Virus record (IMG/VR): IMGVR_UViG_3300031952_004642
DNA from: a virus
Lineage: Duplodnaviria; Heunggongvirae; Uroviricota; Caudoviricetes
Strand: one strand, 5' to 3'
DNA length: 37,082 bases
In this document: positions 1-10,500 of the stretch, piece after piece
Position numbering within the stretch: the first letter of the stretch is position 1
Layout of the letters: every line of letters begins with the position of its first letter
Program-made: the position numbers and the translations under genes
The notes under the pieces: model-generated
What the model saw: the letters and a program-made list of their open reading frames with translations, nothing else
Told to the model about the DNA's origin: nothing
Databases searched by the model: none

Positions 1-142
1 TTCCCTGCAAAGGCGACATCACCGAACCGCCCTCAGAAACAGGCTTCTCCCTCTGAATCACCTCAACGGCGGAAACCGCCGAGCTTGACAAAAGCATGGC
101 GATGAAAACAAAAAGCAAAACCTTCCGACAGCATAGCTTCAT
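1..142 (-). CDS. Secreted/membrane protein, runs off the window start
   Basis: ATG at 142 gives MKLCCRKVLLFVFIAMLLSSSAVSAVEVIQ..., a signal-peptide-like N-terminus; frame open to position 1. Confidence 0.7.
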   Translation of the reverse strand, partial: MKLCCRKVLLFVFIAMLLSSSAVSAVEVIQREKPVSEGGSVMSPLQG

Positions 143-207
143 CAGTATTATTCTAGCGCTAGTATATTTAAAGATTACAGAAAAAGCTAAGAAAAAGAAA
201 GTTCTTT

Positions 208-228
208 GGGGTGTCACATAGACACCCC
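208..228 (-). terminator. Hairpin plus T-tract downstream of coat gene 1
   Basis: Perfect 8-bp inverted repeat GGGGTGTC-acata-GACACCCC followed on the minus strand by T-rich sequence. Confidence 0.6.
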
Positions 229-310
229 TGTCCAAGTCATGCTCCTGTACGAAGTCAGTTAAGCACTCCCAGTCAACATCCTACGAACGATTGAAAGTAA
301 TCCCGAGGGA

Positions 311-499
311 TTACCTGCCAATCGATGAGGTTGCGCCGCCAACCGCTCTGCGGATGACTGCGGCAATCCCGTAGAATATTGCGAGAACGCCACCAACTAC
401 GCCCAGCGAAAGGACAATGGTTACGACTGGAGACTGTATGCTCGTGAGGAAAGACCCCAGACCAGCGCCCGCTTCGGACAGAGTTTCGTTAATGCCCAT
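311..499 (-). CDS. Putative major coat protein, copy 1 (62 aa, single TM helix, basic C-terminus)
   Basis: MGINETLSEAGAGLGSFLTSIQSPVVTIVLSLGVVGGVLAIFYGIAAVIRRAVGGATSSIGR. ATG 499 follows a GGTGA RBS. Acidic amphipathic N-term / hydrophobic helix / basic tail resembles helical coat proteins of filamentous viruses. Confidence 0.65.
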   Translation of the reverse strand: MGINETLSEAGAGLGSFLTSIQSPVVTIVLSLGVVGGVLAIFYGIAAVIRRAVGGATSSIGR

Positions 500-612
500 T
501 ATTCTCACCGAATTCCGACCCACTGCGGTTCAGCATTGAACTCATTTATAGTTACTGAACTTGTGGCACGCTTTCATCAAGACCCGCCTGCGTGAAGGCT
601 TTTTAAGGTCTT
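500..612 (-). ncRNA. Conserved structured 5' leader RNA, copy 1
   Basis: Conserved with 955-1067. Stem GUUCAG/CUGAAC here is GCCCAG/CUGGGC in copy 2 (double compensatory change). Additional stems CCAC/GUGG and GCC/GGC, and possible pseudoknot CACGC/GCGUG. Confidence 0.65.
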
Positions 613-636
613 CTCAAAGAATAGATTGATTCCACT

Positions 637-663
637 ATTTAAATCAGTATCGTTTCTGCCATT
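637..663 (-). promoter_or_regulatory. Archaeal promoter with AATGGCAG element upstream of TATA
   Basis: Minus strand AATGGCAG-N11-ATTTAAAT, conserved in the second copy at 1092-1118. Confidence 0.6.
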
Positions 664-765
664 AATTGCACCGAGAAACCGAGCTGACGCAAAGATGAAA
701 TTAAAGAAGGAGAAAAATATTGGTGACTAAGAAAGTCTATCCCTTAACCGACAAGAAAACCGTGT

Positions 766-954
766 TTACTTGCCAATCGATGAAGTTGCACCGCCTACGG
801 CCCTTCTGATGACTGCGGCTATACCGTAGAAGATGGCAAGCACTCCGCCGACTACTCCGAGAGACAGCACAATTGTCACGACGGGAGACTGTATGCTCGT
901 GAGAAAGTTCCCCAGTCCAGTTCCTGCATCCTCAAGTGTCGCTTGAATTCCCAT
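766..954 (-). CDS. Putative major coat protein, copy 2 (62 aa)
   Basis: MGIQATLEDAGTGLGNFLTSIQSPVVTIVLSLGVVGGVLAIFYGIAAVIRRAVGGATSSIGK. ATG 954 follows a GGTGA RBS. Confidence 0.65.
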   Translation of the reverse strand: MGIQATLEDAGTGLGNFLTSIQSPVVTIVLSLGVVGGVLAIFYGIAAVIRRAVGGATSSIGK

Positions 955-1067
955 GATGCTCACCTGTATCCGACCCACTGCGGCCCAGCATCGAACTCAT
1001 TTGCAGTTACTGGGCTTGTGGCACGCACTCATAACACACCTGCCTGCGTGACGGCTTTTTAAGGTTG
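955..1067 (-). ncRNA. Conserved structured 5' leader RNA, copy 2
   Basis: See copy 1; GCCCAG (983-988) / CTGGGC (1010-1015) stem. Confidence 0.65.
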
Positions 1068-1091
1068 CTCGATGTATAACTTGTTTCCGCT

Positions 1092-1150
1092 ATTTAAATC
1101 AGTTTCGTTTCTGCCATTAAACTGCATGGCAGAATCATAGCGATTTAAAA
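1092..1150. promoter_or_regulatory. Back-to-back divergent promoters with inverted CTGCCAT-N8-ATGGCAG
   Basis: TATA (1092-1099) - CTGCCAT (1111-1117) - N8 - ATGGCAG (1126-1132) - N10 - ATTTAAAA (1143-1150). Confidence 0.65.
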
Positions 1151-1170
1151 GGCCAAATTTCATGATTCTA

Positions 1171-1560
1171 ATGATGAAACGAACAAGGCTCACAAGAGGC
1201 CAGAAACACAAGAATCTCCCTACACGGCTCTATTTGGCACTCACAGGCAAGCTCCCGAGCGGATTGCGAAGCATGAAATCTGGAAAGAAACTCAAGCTCG
1301 AAGCAAGCCGAAAGACACCAATGAAAGAGCAATACATCGATTTTGCTTATTCCAGACCTCCCAAACAATATAGAAAAGAAGCAGTATCTAAAGTCATCGA
1401 AGAGATTAAAAGAGTCAGCCCTCATGCAAAGATAACGCTTCTTCCATTACCTGAAAAATTGGTATGGTTCCAAGACATCAGGGTTTCCAATATATCTGCT
1501 GGAGATGCACTGGAACTAGAAGGTTCACTCGGCGCAATAGGCGTGATTCAGAAAATCTAG
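1171..1560 (+). CDS. Basic protein with N-terminal MKRTRL tag
   Basis: ORF 1162..1560. ATG at 1171/1174 lies ~25 nt from the TATA and gives MMKRTRLTR. Confidence 0.7.
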   Translation: MMKRTRLTRGQKHKNLPTRLYLALTGKLPSGLRSMKSGKKLKLEASRKTPMKEQYIDFAYSRPPKQYRKEAVSKVIEEIKRVSPHAKITLLPLPEKLVWFQDIRVSNISAGDALELEGSLGAIGVIQKI

Positions 1561-1892
1561 ACATTCAGCAACTCATCCATCACTTTCTTGAAGCCTTCCC
1601 TGAACTGCGCAACGAATGTTATCGCCTTGTAGTAGGCATATACGAAGATTACCTGAATACCGAGGAAAGCACCAAAAAGCACGAAAATCGTCATCCACGA
1701 CGACACGTACACCATGGTATTATAGATTCCTGTAATGAATCCTTCAATGCCAGACAATAGAGGAGTATCAGACCACCCGAACAAGCCAGATGAACGTGCA
1801 CCTCCAGTAAACGCCGAAAACACCAACGCAATCAGCATGAAAATGACTGCAATTATGGCAACAGTAGTTATCGAAATGATGAATCCTCTCAT
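1557..1892 (-). CDS. Small two-TM membrane protein (minor virion protein candidate)
   Basis: 111 aa with two hydrophobic segments; last gene of the structural operon. Confidence 0.7.
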   Translation of the reverse strand: MRGFIISITTVAIIAVIFMLIALVFSAFTGGARSSGLFGWSDTPLLSGIEGFITGIYNTMVYVSSWMTIFVLFGAFLGIQVIFVYAYYKAITFVAQFREGFKKVMDELLNV

Positions 1893-2758
1893 TCAACCCG
1901 CCCCATTTTCATTTCCCTGTTAAAATCATCTTCCCAAATGAACCAGACCTTGAAACCGAATTCATTATATGGTTTAGATTCCATAAGTTCAACTTCTTTC
2001 TTCAAACTTGATGAAGGTTTATTGCATCCAGCATGCCAAAAAACACCATTAGCAAGTATAATCTTCTTTTGACCATTAGAATTTATAAAATCAGGACAAT
2101 GCCCATTTATTATAACCGACCCATCACCACAATATTTCCATTCATTTGGAAACTGTTCATCAAGATAATGTTTTACACGAATCTCAAATTTATTAGGTCG
2201 TCTATTTACAGTTTTTAGCATTTTACGTAATGACTCTTCACTATGCTTCTTACCGTAAAAAGGATTAGATTCACCAGCAAGTCCCTTTTTTTTATTTATT
2301 ATTGAAGAAAATCTCCTTCCAAAATTGGCCTTTCCAATTTTCATCTTCGTTTCGGCAGAATGACAACGACCATACCAATGATGATTCTTACCAGATGGAT
2401 AAACAATAATTCCTTCAGAAATACGAGAACGCTTCGTCTCAGAAATTTTATTGCGAATATCATCAGGCATCCTCTTACCTAGATGAGATTCAGACATTCG
2501 TCTTCTCGTTTTTAATGAATGAGTATGTCCAAAAAATGGATTTGCACTCCCACTACATTCTAAACCCCTCCCATACATAGGATTATTCACACCACTAAAA
2601 GCATCTGGATGATTTAAATACCATTCCTTCATACGAACACTCTGTTGCCACCCTAATTCTGGATGCTTCAAATGTAAAGCCTTATGAATATCACTAAGTT
2701 TTCGCCTTAATTCAACACTCCTGAAATATTTACCTTTTGTCATCTTATCAACCAACAC
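1889..2758 (-). mobile_element. Free-standing homing endonuclease: NUMOD3-like repeats plus C-terminal PD-(D/E)xK/Vsr-like domain
   Basis: Repeated NP(F/M)(Y/F)G(K/R)xHSxxT motifs, then PDFIN...IILANGVFWHA. Visibly AT-richer than its flanks and overlaps both neighbours. Confidence 0.8.
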
Positions 2759-3476
2759 TACGTTCCACGATTTTTATTCCTGCAACACGAAATAAAAACC
2801 ATCTAATTAAAATGAAGACAATCACTGGAATCATGAACACACCAAGCACAACGGAAGCTATCGAAAACACGAGCCACAGGATATCCCAGAAATTCGTCAT
2901 CATGTTGGTCGTCGATGACATCTGGTTCAGAAGATTTATCTCACTGGAACCGGACTGGTTGCAATCGATGAACTCGAGTGTCGCAAGAAACGGTATCGTC
3001 TCGACATTGAACTCGGTATAATTATAAGAGTTATTCGCATAACTCGAACCACCGTAGTCTTCAACATTGACAACGCACATCGAATATTTTCCAGCGAGAT
3101 TTATCGAATTATATACTACACCATAATCAGACTGCTGATACGGGAACTCAACGCTGAGTATGCCCTCATCCACCCACTGGCTGTAATCCGTGGTATCGAA
3201 TGTCACAGGGTCTTCACCATTACATTCGACAGTGACACTGAGATTATCATAAGGCAAGTCATCCACATTATTGTGACGCAAAAAGAGAACCCAGTTCTGG
3301 GAAGACTCATAAAACGTCAGGATGGACACGCTCTCTGATTCACCATTGATTTGAATGCGATGTGCGGCAGACATCTCAAAGGCGAAAATGGGAGCGAATG
3401 GACTCAGCTCGGCACGCACAGCAACAGGAGTAAGCATGATTGCCAGCAGCATCAACATCACGATTTTCCTAAACAC
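2748..3476 (-). CDS. Secreted, C-terminally anchored membrane protein (paralog of 3469..4251)
   Basis: Signal peptide; shares LPYD.....C.G....F.TTDY..W and the C-terminal TM (IRW..xR..G) with the neighbour. Confidence 0.8.
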   Translation of the reverse strand: MFRKIVMLMLLAIMLTPVAVRAELSPFAPIFAFEMSAAHRIQINGESESVSILTFYESSQNWVLFLRHNNVDDLPYDNLSVTVECNGEDPVTFDTTDYSQWVDEGILSVEFPYQQSDYGVVYNSINLAGKYSMCVVNVEDYGGSSYANNSYNYTEFNVETIPFLATLEFIDCNQSGSSEINLLNQMSSTTNMMTNFWDILWLVFSIASVVLGVFMIPVIVFILIRWFLFRVAGIKIVERSVG

Positions 3477-4251
3477 TATTCTCCCTCGAAAATATCTTAT
3501 GCCCCGAAATCCGATATATCGCCCATCTGATAAACAGTATCACAAGGGCTGGAATCCCGATGACGATGAACAACACGATGAGAGTCTCGAAAACGATGAA
3601 CGCAGTATTGAGTATGTTGAGATTGTTAGTAAACACCGATGAGATTCCGTTAATGAGCAGGCCAATCAAAGTCGTCCTATACTCATCACTGCAAAACGCA
3701 TCGAGAGTGATGACGGTATTCGTCAGCACTGGCACTACCTCGACATTGAAAGACGTATATCCAGCATTACCATCAACAACAAGGTCAGTCGCAGAAAGAA
3801 TCTGGCATGAAGACCATCTCGTTTCAATGGTCGCACTATTGTAAGTAAAGTTCTCGGTAAAATAGAAATTCCGCCCAACGCTTATGATTCCAGCAGTGTT
3901 CCAGCTCGCATAGTCAGTCGTATGGAATCCAGTAGGCAGAGCATCGCCAGAGCAGATGTAATTGACATAGAAGTCATCATAAGGCAGCGCATCCCCAATG
4001 CTGGCCCTGAAGACCAGATAGAAAGAAGACGATTCCCCATGGAAGGCACGGACATCAATAACCCTAGATGAGTTCGTATATGAATCGAATTTCATGACAG
4101 CACGCCCCGCCGCACGGAACTTGTTGATATCACTCTCTGGAATAGCAGACGCATACTTCATCATCAGAGCAGTGATTACAAGTGCAACTGCAACCGAGAA
4201 TGCGAGCACACGCCATCGGAAGTACATATTCATATCACCAAAGGAAAACAT
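3469..4251 (-). CDS. Secreted, C-terminally anchored membrane protein (paralog of 2748..3476)
   Basis: N-terminal hydrophobic segment, C-terminal TM, shared motifs with the neighbour. Confidence 0.8.
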   Translation of the reverse strand: MFSFGDMNMYFRWRVLAFSVAVALVITALMMKYASAIPESDINKFRAAGRAVMKFDSYTNSSRVIDVRAFHGESSSFYLVFRASIGDALPYDDFYVNYICSGDALPTGFHTTDYASWNTAGIISVGRNFYFTENFTYNSATIETRWSSCQILSATDLVVDGNAGYTSFNVEVVPVLTNTVITLDAFCSDEYRTTLIGLLINGISSVFTNNLNILNTAFIVFETLIVLFIVIGIPALVILFIRWAIYRISGHKIFSRENSV

Positions 4252-7200
4252 TCATCGCCAAATAGATTATAGTCGGAAGTATCACCATCGCAGCAATCGC
4301 AGCCTTGAGGCTTCCCGTAGCCATGAGCACGATGAAAAAGAATATCATCGCCAGAATCGCAAATGCCCCGAGAGACAGCCATGACGCAAAGATGCCGAAC
4401 GAGAAACCTGAAATAACCAGCTCTGTCGGATTTTCATAAAGGTCGAAATCCTCGGCCCCATTGAGATAATAGCTTCCAAGATTAAGCAGCAATCTCGACT
4501 GGGTTTTGACTGGAGGACAGAAAGCACATGTCACAGGCACACCAAGCGGATTTATCAGATACCAATCAATATTGTTTCCAACTATGAACATTGAATAGTT
4601 TCCAATCTCATAGAGAGTTATAGTCGCCGTACCGTTCCTGTAAGCTCCATGCCAATAACACTCATCCGACCCTTCAGGCGGGCAGGCAAATTTATCACGG
4701 CCAAAGAACACATGCAAAGTAGGGTCTACATCCCTGATGAAATAAATCCACGCAAACTCATTCCTGTATTCAGAACCTGCCGTCATGTTGATATTGTTCC
4801 AGATTCGGATGGTAATATTAAAAGGAGTCCGCACCTTGATGAGCCCATCCTCAACCAAGACAGGCGGGAAGTCGCCAGACACATTGAAAGAATAATCACC
4901 ATTAGCAAACGGTATCCACATCACCTCATAGGCCGAATCTGCTGGAACCCAGACCATATCTCCTTCCGAGCCATCGATGAAAATCGTCAGGTTTGGAATC
5001 ACGAAAACTGATGTCCCATTAAGAATGATATATGCTTTTATCATAGTCGGGCTCCCTGCCACAGCGTATGGACTATAGAATAAAGAAAGCTGGAAATCCA
5101 CAATCTCGACATCGAAATTGACAACATCAGACCCATTCCCAGCCACATTTCTAGCATAGCAATATAACATATGCGCCCCAGTATCATTCATCTGCAAGCT
5201 AAACGTACCAGTGGAATTAACAATGAACAATGCATCACCAGTCGAATTTCTCAGCAACGCAAAAGACTCCAGCAGCGGTGTCAATGTATCAACAGACCAT
5301 GTGAAAGTCTGATTACCCTCCAACAAAACTATCGCAGTATATGAATCAATCGAACATGTAGGAAGGCTTGCAGAAGTCAGATTAAAATGAAAATAATCCG
5401 TTCTATTTTCCATGAAAGAATTTGAGCAATTTCCCATACCAGTGTACTGCTTCGGCTCAGACCATTGACTAAAGATATATGGAACTTCATACCATCCAGA
5501 AGTAACATTATACACCAATGGAATCGAACCGACAGTTGCAAAAATCCATTGTGCATGTTCTGGCCCAAAAGCAGTCCAGTTACTGGTCTGTGAAAGATTG
5601 CCATGATACGTATAACCTGAATTATGCGCATTAACTCCTACATACCAGCTATCATTCCCACCAGAACAATCTGAACAACCACCATAAAACCCATAGTAAG
5701 CCATTGACGGATTTCCGAGACTAACCAGAGACTGCTGAAGCCAACTCTGGTTAGCATATAAATTTATAGGTTGCACAGTAGAATTCATGACCCCAAACAA
5801 AGCATCAAGGAAAGAACATGAAAACGAACCTATAAAATCAGTATAATTCACCGAAGTGATGTTAATAACTCCATCCATGCTAATGAACGGATTTGTGGCT
5901 GAAATGAAAGCCCATATAGAGAAATTACCCAAAGTCTGATTGGTGCATCTCAGATACGCACCACCACCAACATCAGAAATCTCAGTAGGAAGGTACACGG
6001 AAAAACCAGCAAAGCTATCATTTACAAACTGCTCCTCAGAATTCACTTCCAAAAATCTTTTGATTAGAACAGTATCATTTAGACTCACCAAACAAGATGC
6101 ATCAATGATTGCCGAATTGTTTCTGGCATACGAATAATTACATTCCAGCATAGTCGATAAGCCCACCGGAATCATATCAGGAAATGCCTGACAAACCAGA
6201 TTAGTGCCATAAGAAGACACAGTAAAACATGTCTGGTTCATGGACTGCCTACCAAAAGTATTGTTTAACCAGACATTTATGCAATTCCCGCCAAGCGGCA
6301 CATAAATGGTCGTGTTCGGCACAAAGGTCACATTGATGCCACCATTGAGCGAGTACCACCATTTATCAATTGAACCAGCACCACCATAAGGCGAAACAGC
6401 AAGGTTCATCACCTCAGTCGTAAAGGTCGCATTGGCTGGAGAATGGATGGTTATGTTCGGAGCCGCTGGCGAGCCATCAGTATAGTAAATCTCAATATAT
6501 GGCTCATATGAGGATTCATTGGAATTCACATCAATAAAACAATCAACCCCAGCATAATTCTCATAAGAACCCTGAATCCTGTAAAATGTACTTGCAGCTT
6601 TCGCTATCCAGTTGCTGACATTCACAGTTTGCCAGCCAGTCGAATTCTCATTGGCATAAAAATAAATGCTGATATTCTGGTAAGCAGCATCCCAATCTGA
6701 TTCACCAAGGTCTCCATAATTAGAGATATTCTGCAACCAGAAACGTGAGGAGCCAGAACTGCATGTCTTACTTGCAACACGTCCATAGAACGTCGCATTC
6801 ACGATGGAATCCCATGAGTCAATCATCGACGTGTTGAATTTCAAATATGCACGATAGACGTAATCAGAATCACCAGTGCCTACATTATTCCCAACTGACA
6901 AAGTTATGCTCGTTAGAAAGACATCAAAAACACCAGTTACACGCTTCTCAATGTAACCATCATGGAAAGGATACGACACAACATATGGGTCAATCAAAAC
7001 AGTTTCACCAACCTTTATTCCAGCCTTCACCCAGTCCTTAAAGAATGTGATTTGCGCCTCACGCTCATTCAGCACAACGATATCAAAGGTGAACCCATTC
7101 ACAATCACATCCTCGAAAGACATGAACTTATCCTCATCCAACACAATGAAATCCTTATTCAGAAGGCGAATCGACTTATCTGCAACAACATTGACAGTCG

Positions 7201-7558
7201 CCTTGAAATCCTCACGAGGCAGGACAAACGAGTAGCTCCATTTGAAGCCTCCCTCGACTTTCTCTGAAACAGTCCTGAATTCAGTCACTTCCCTGAAATC
7301 GATTTCACGGTCTTCAGAATCACGGGCCACGAAATTAATGGCAATGCTCTCCTTACCATCGGTAAAAGTGAGACGGGATTCATCAACAACCGGAACAAGC
7401 TTCTTTGACAAATCTGGAAGCGGCTCAGGCTTGACCCTGATACTATCACTGGCTGCATGAACATTAACAGGCTGGAAGAACAATGCAACAACTAAAAAAA
7501 CTGCCAAAATTCCAATTACAGGCCAATGCATTCTTGAACACATGCTTTTGCATCCCAT
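4235..7558 (-). CDS. Large surface/spike-like protein with DNRLRE-like and Ig-like segments and C-terminal TMs
   Basis: Probable start at ATG 7558 (MGCKSM...WPVIGILAVFLVVALFF). YRAYLKFNTSMI...IVNATF resembles a DNRLRE/CBM96 motif; many N-x-S/T sequons; two C-terminal TM helices. Confidence 0.75.
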   Translation of the reverse strand: MGCKSMCSRMHWPVIGILAVFLVVALFFQPVNVHAASDSIRVKPEPLPDLSKKLVPVVDESRLTFTDGKESIAINFVARDSEDREIDFREVTEFRTVSEKVEGGFKWSYSFVLPREDFKATVNVVADKSIRLLNKDFIVLDEDKFMSFEDVIVNGFTFDIVVLNEREAQITFFKDWVKAGIKVGETVLIDPYVVSYPFHDGYIEKRVTGVFDVFLTSITLSVGNNVGTGDSDYVYRAYLKFNTSMIDSWDSIVNATFYGRVASKTCSSGSSRFWLQNISNYGDLGESDWDAAYQNISIYFYANENSTGWQTVNVSNWIAKAASTFYRIQGSYENYAGVDCFIDVNSNESSYEPYIEIYYTDGSPAAPNITIHSPANATFTTEVMNLAVSPYGGAGSIDKWWYSLNGGINVTFVPNTTIYVPLGGNCINVWLNNTFGRQSMNQTCFTVSSYGTNLVCQAFPDMIPVGLSTMLECNYSYARNNSAIIDASCLVSLNDTVLIKRFLEVNSEEQFVNDSFAGFSVYLPTEISDVGGGAYLRCTNQTLGNFSIWAFISATNPFISMDGVINITSVNYTDFIGSFSCSFLDALFGVMNSTVQPINLYANQSWLQQSLVSLGNPSMAYYGFYGGCSDCSGGNDSWYVGVNAHNSGYTYHGNLSQTSNWTAFGPEHAQWIFATVGSIPLVYNVTSGWYEVPYIFSQWSEPKQYTGMGNCSNSFMENRTDYFHFNLTSASLPTCSIDSYTAIVLLEGNQTFTWSVDTLTPLLESFALLRNSTGDALFIVNSTGTFSLQMNDTGAHMLYCYARNVAGNGSDVVNFDVEIVDFQLSLFYSPYAVAGSPTMIKAYIILNGTSVFVIPNLTIFIDGSEGDMVWVPADSAYEVMWIPFANGDYSFNVSGDFPPVLVEDGLIKVRTPFNITIRIWNNINMTAGSEYRNEFAWIYFIRDVDPTLHVFFGRDKFACPPEGSDECYWHGAYRNGTATITLYEIGNYSMFIVGNNIDWYLINPLGVPVTCAFCPPVKTQSRLLLNLGSYYLNGAEDFDLYENPTELVISGFSFGIFASWLSLGAFAILAMIFFFIVLMATGSLKAAIAAMVILPTIIYLAMNVFLW

Positions 7559-7575
7559 CACATCACATCGAACAT

Positions 7576-10500
7576 TTACAGCGATTTCGACACCGCCTTG
7601 AATCCGAGACCAGCTATCGCTATCACGAGTATGACAAGAGCAAGAGCGATGCCTATCGACATCAGCGGGTCGAAAGTGGGCCCAATGAAATTCAGCATGC
7701 CCGAACGCATGCAAGTCAGCATGCCGACCGTCGTTGACTGGTCACATGCAATACCACCAGTCGGCGAAGGTATGCAAACCTTCTCAGCCGCATCACACAG
7801 ATAATCACATGTCATCCTCTGGGCAACACATGTACCAGCCCCACCACAAGTCCAGCTCTCAAGCGTATACGCATCAAGGCACTGATTGCCACCATAACAT
7901 TCGGAATCAAAACGACAGACATCTGTAGAGGTCTCATCAATGCAACCCACGTCATCATCACACAAATCAACCGCCAGACATGTCTCCTGAGAATATTCAC
8001 AAACACATTCATCCACATTACACCCAGTAAGGCTGTAGAACACACCACCCTGACAATAGGAAGGAGCACAGTCAACACTGGACTGGCACGGCAGCTCATC
8101 GATTGAATATGGAAGAGTAAATGTCGTTGATGTGCTTATGGTATCTTCATGAATCAGAACTTGTTGAGTCGCATTATACAGCCAAGCGCACCCAGTCAAT
8201 TGAAGGAAAAGTGAAAGATTCACTGGATATGTCCCATTTATAACGATAAAAGTGAACGGGAAAGTCGTAGCAACAGTAGTTGGCCTGATGGTATCCATTC
8301 CAGATGCAGTCACACTGACACGACCTCCAGTAATCGGAACATGACCCTTAGACTGGACATTCACGACAACATTCGCACCCTTCGTGAGAGTGTAAGATTT
8401 CTCAGTAAGGTAACTATATCCACCAGCGACAGCCTCAACAAACACATCTCCTGTATGGATAGCAGTCTTGTATCCTGTCTTCGATACTATGACGAGATAT
8501 TCTCTCGGATTACCAGTCGGCGTATACGTAATCTTACAGTTATCATTATCAACAGATGCCGAAAACGTGACACCAGACAAAGGCGAAACAACGAGCAGAA
8601 TCTTTCCATAACTATCAGTCGTGTAGACCATCCCATCAACGCTAACGGAAGCCCCAGATATCGGATTCTCGCTCTCATCAAAAACATAAATCGGCAATAT
8701 GTAAGACTGAGCAAGCAAGTTGACATAGAATTTCATATTATCACATGAAACAGGAACATCATAAGTAGTCTGGGTATTGATTGGCAGATAATCCATCGAA
8801 GTAAAGGTTATATCGTTCTGGAGACGCTTCGTCGTGTGCAGCAGAATAGATGACCCCTGAGACGATTCAGTGTATCCATCATTGGCGACATTCACCACTG
8901 TAACATTGGCCCCTATCGTAGTCCCTGTCAGCGGGTCTGTGTATGTCGAATAAACGATGAGCGGCAAAAACTCCTCAGTCGCAAAGTATATTCCAGTCGA
9001 GTAAAGCGGAGTTCCCCATAAGATGTAATTATAATTCGATGTCTTGCGCTCATAGGCATAAGCATATCTTCCAGTGATTGCAATCTTATCGGTGAGGCGG
9101 ATGTCCTCACTCAATGAAAAGTTCAGTAAATAGTATGGCTGCTGCGGAGTATACGTATCGAAATCGCTCGTCATCGTCCCATAGAATCCCTCCGGCTCAT
9201 CCATGCCATTATCGGGCCTTGCATACTTGAAATCATCTCCCTCACTACGGATGTAAGTAAAACCATAGTAATCCGAAACAAATCCCGAAGAAATCGTATC
9301 ATTGAAGTAATCTCCAAGACCAGCACCTACATCCAATTCCGCCATTATCCTGAAATGATTATCATCGTAAACGATTCCACGGGCCTTATAAAAACCAGTC
9401 CCACCACAACCAGTCCCCCAGAATTTAATCGCAGGTGTCGTATGATGAAGAGTGCCATTCAGATAATAGAAATCTATATGCAAAGTCCTGAGAGCCCACG
9501 TGAAAAATCCGCAACCGCCTGTACCATGACCAACACCATTAGCCCTAAGGATGGCTATCAATGGCTGGCTCGTATCCTTATGATAGAATCCAAGCGGATA
9601 ATACCGAGTGCAACTTGAAGAAGTCCCGCCACAGCCAATCGTAGTCTTAGTCCAGACAGGCGATAGAGCAGTTGGAGACGTATAAGACCAGAGCTTGGCA
9701 TTGGTGTCTCCATTCGTAGTGATTACATAATACTTGTTGTCTGGCGCATAGAACATTATATCATATGGCATCGGCTCATAAGTAGCGTTCAGGTAATTCC
9801 AGTTCGGAAGGTCATTTCCACCATAATCTGGGTCATTGAGCGGGAAATGCACAGTCTGCTGATAGGTCAACGGTGACCCAGTGAAACCATTATCAGACCA
9901 ATAGATATTAAGACCACCACCAACTACCCACAAATTCGTATTCCAAGCAAGGATGGCACAATGCTGCTCATTCTCCTGACAGGCGACCTTCGGGTCGTAC
10001 CAATGATAACCAAGAAGCGAACCAAGGTAATCTGTATAATAGACAGGAGTCCCAGCAGTATATTCCTCGGCTGGCGTATAAGCTGGAGGCTCAAAACAAT
10101 CCTCGAACTCAACCCTCGGGTCTAACCCGCCACCCAAGTCACTGCACGTCCTATATTTCAGGTAATCTGCACATACACTCCAGTCATTGCAAGACCAGTT
10201 CGGCTCATATCCCCAAATAGTCATGTTATAATCTGTATAATCATAATGGACAGAACCACCGAAAGCACCAGAAGCGCCAGTACAGACAAGATAAGTCATA
10301 AGCCAATATTCAGTGTCAGCAGTAAGAGTCAGCTCATCACTATAAGGTGTTGATGAAGAAAGCAAAGAAACCGAATCACTACCAGTATCCCAAAGATAAA
10401 CACTCCTCGAACACGAGGTCACAGCATAACCAGAATCATGGTCTTCCATATCTGTGACACTCACATTCACAAATCCAGAAGCCATGGAATTGAACGGCCT

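Larger units (their letters stand above)
311..1118. repeat. Tandem duplication of promoter + leader + coat gene (period 455 bp)
   Basis: Units 311-663 and 766-1118 align in coding, leader and promoter segments. Confidence 0.9.

Noticed and set aside
575-612. HDV/CPEB3-like ribozyme in the coat leader (GCC-UUCACGCA-GGC resembles P3/L3)
   Set aside because: No partner strand for P2 (UAAAAA has no downstream complement) and no J4/2 motif. Twister and pistol topologies also did not fit.
7559-7714. N-terminal extension of the 1159-aa ORF
   Set aside because: It overlaps the end of the 1211-aa gene and precedes the signal-peptide-like segment. The start at 7558 is more plausible.
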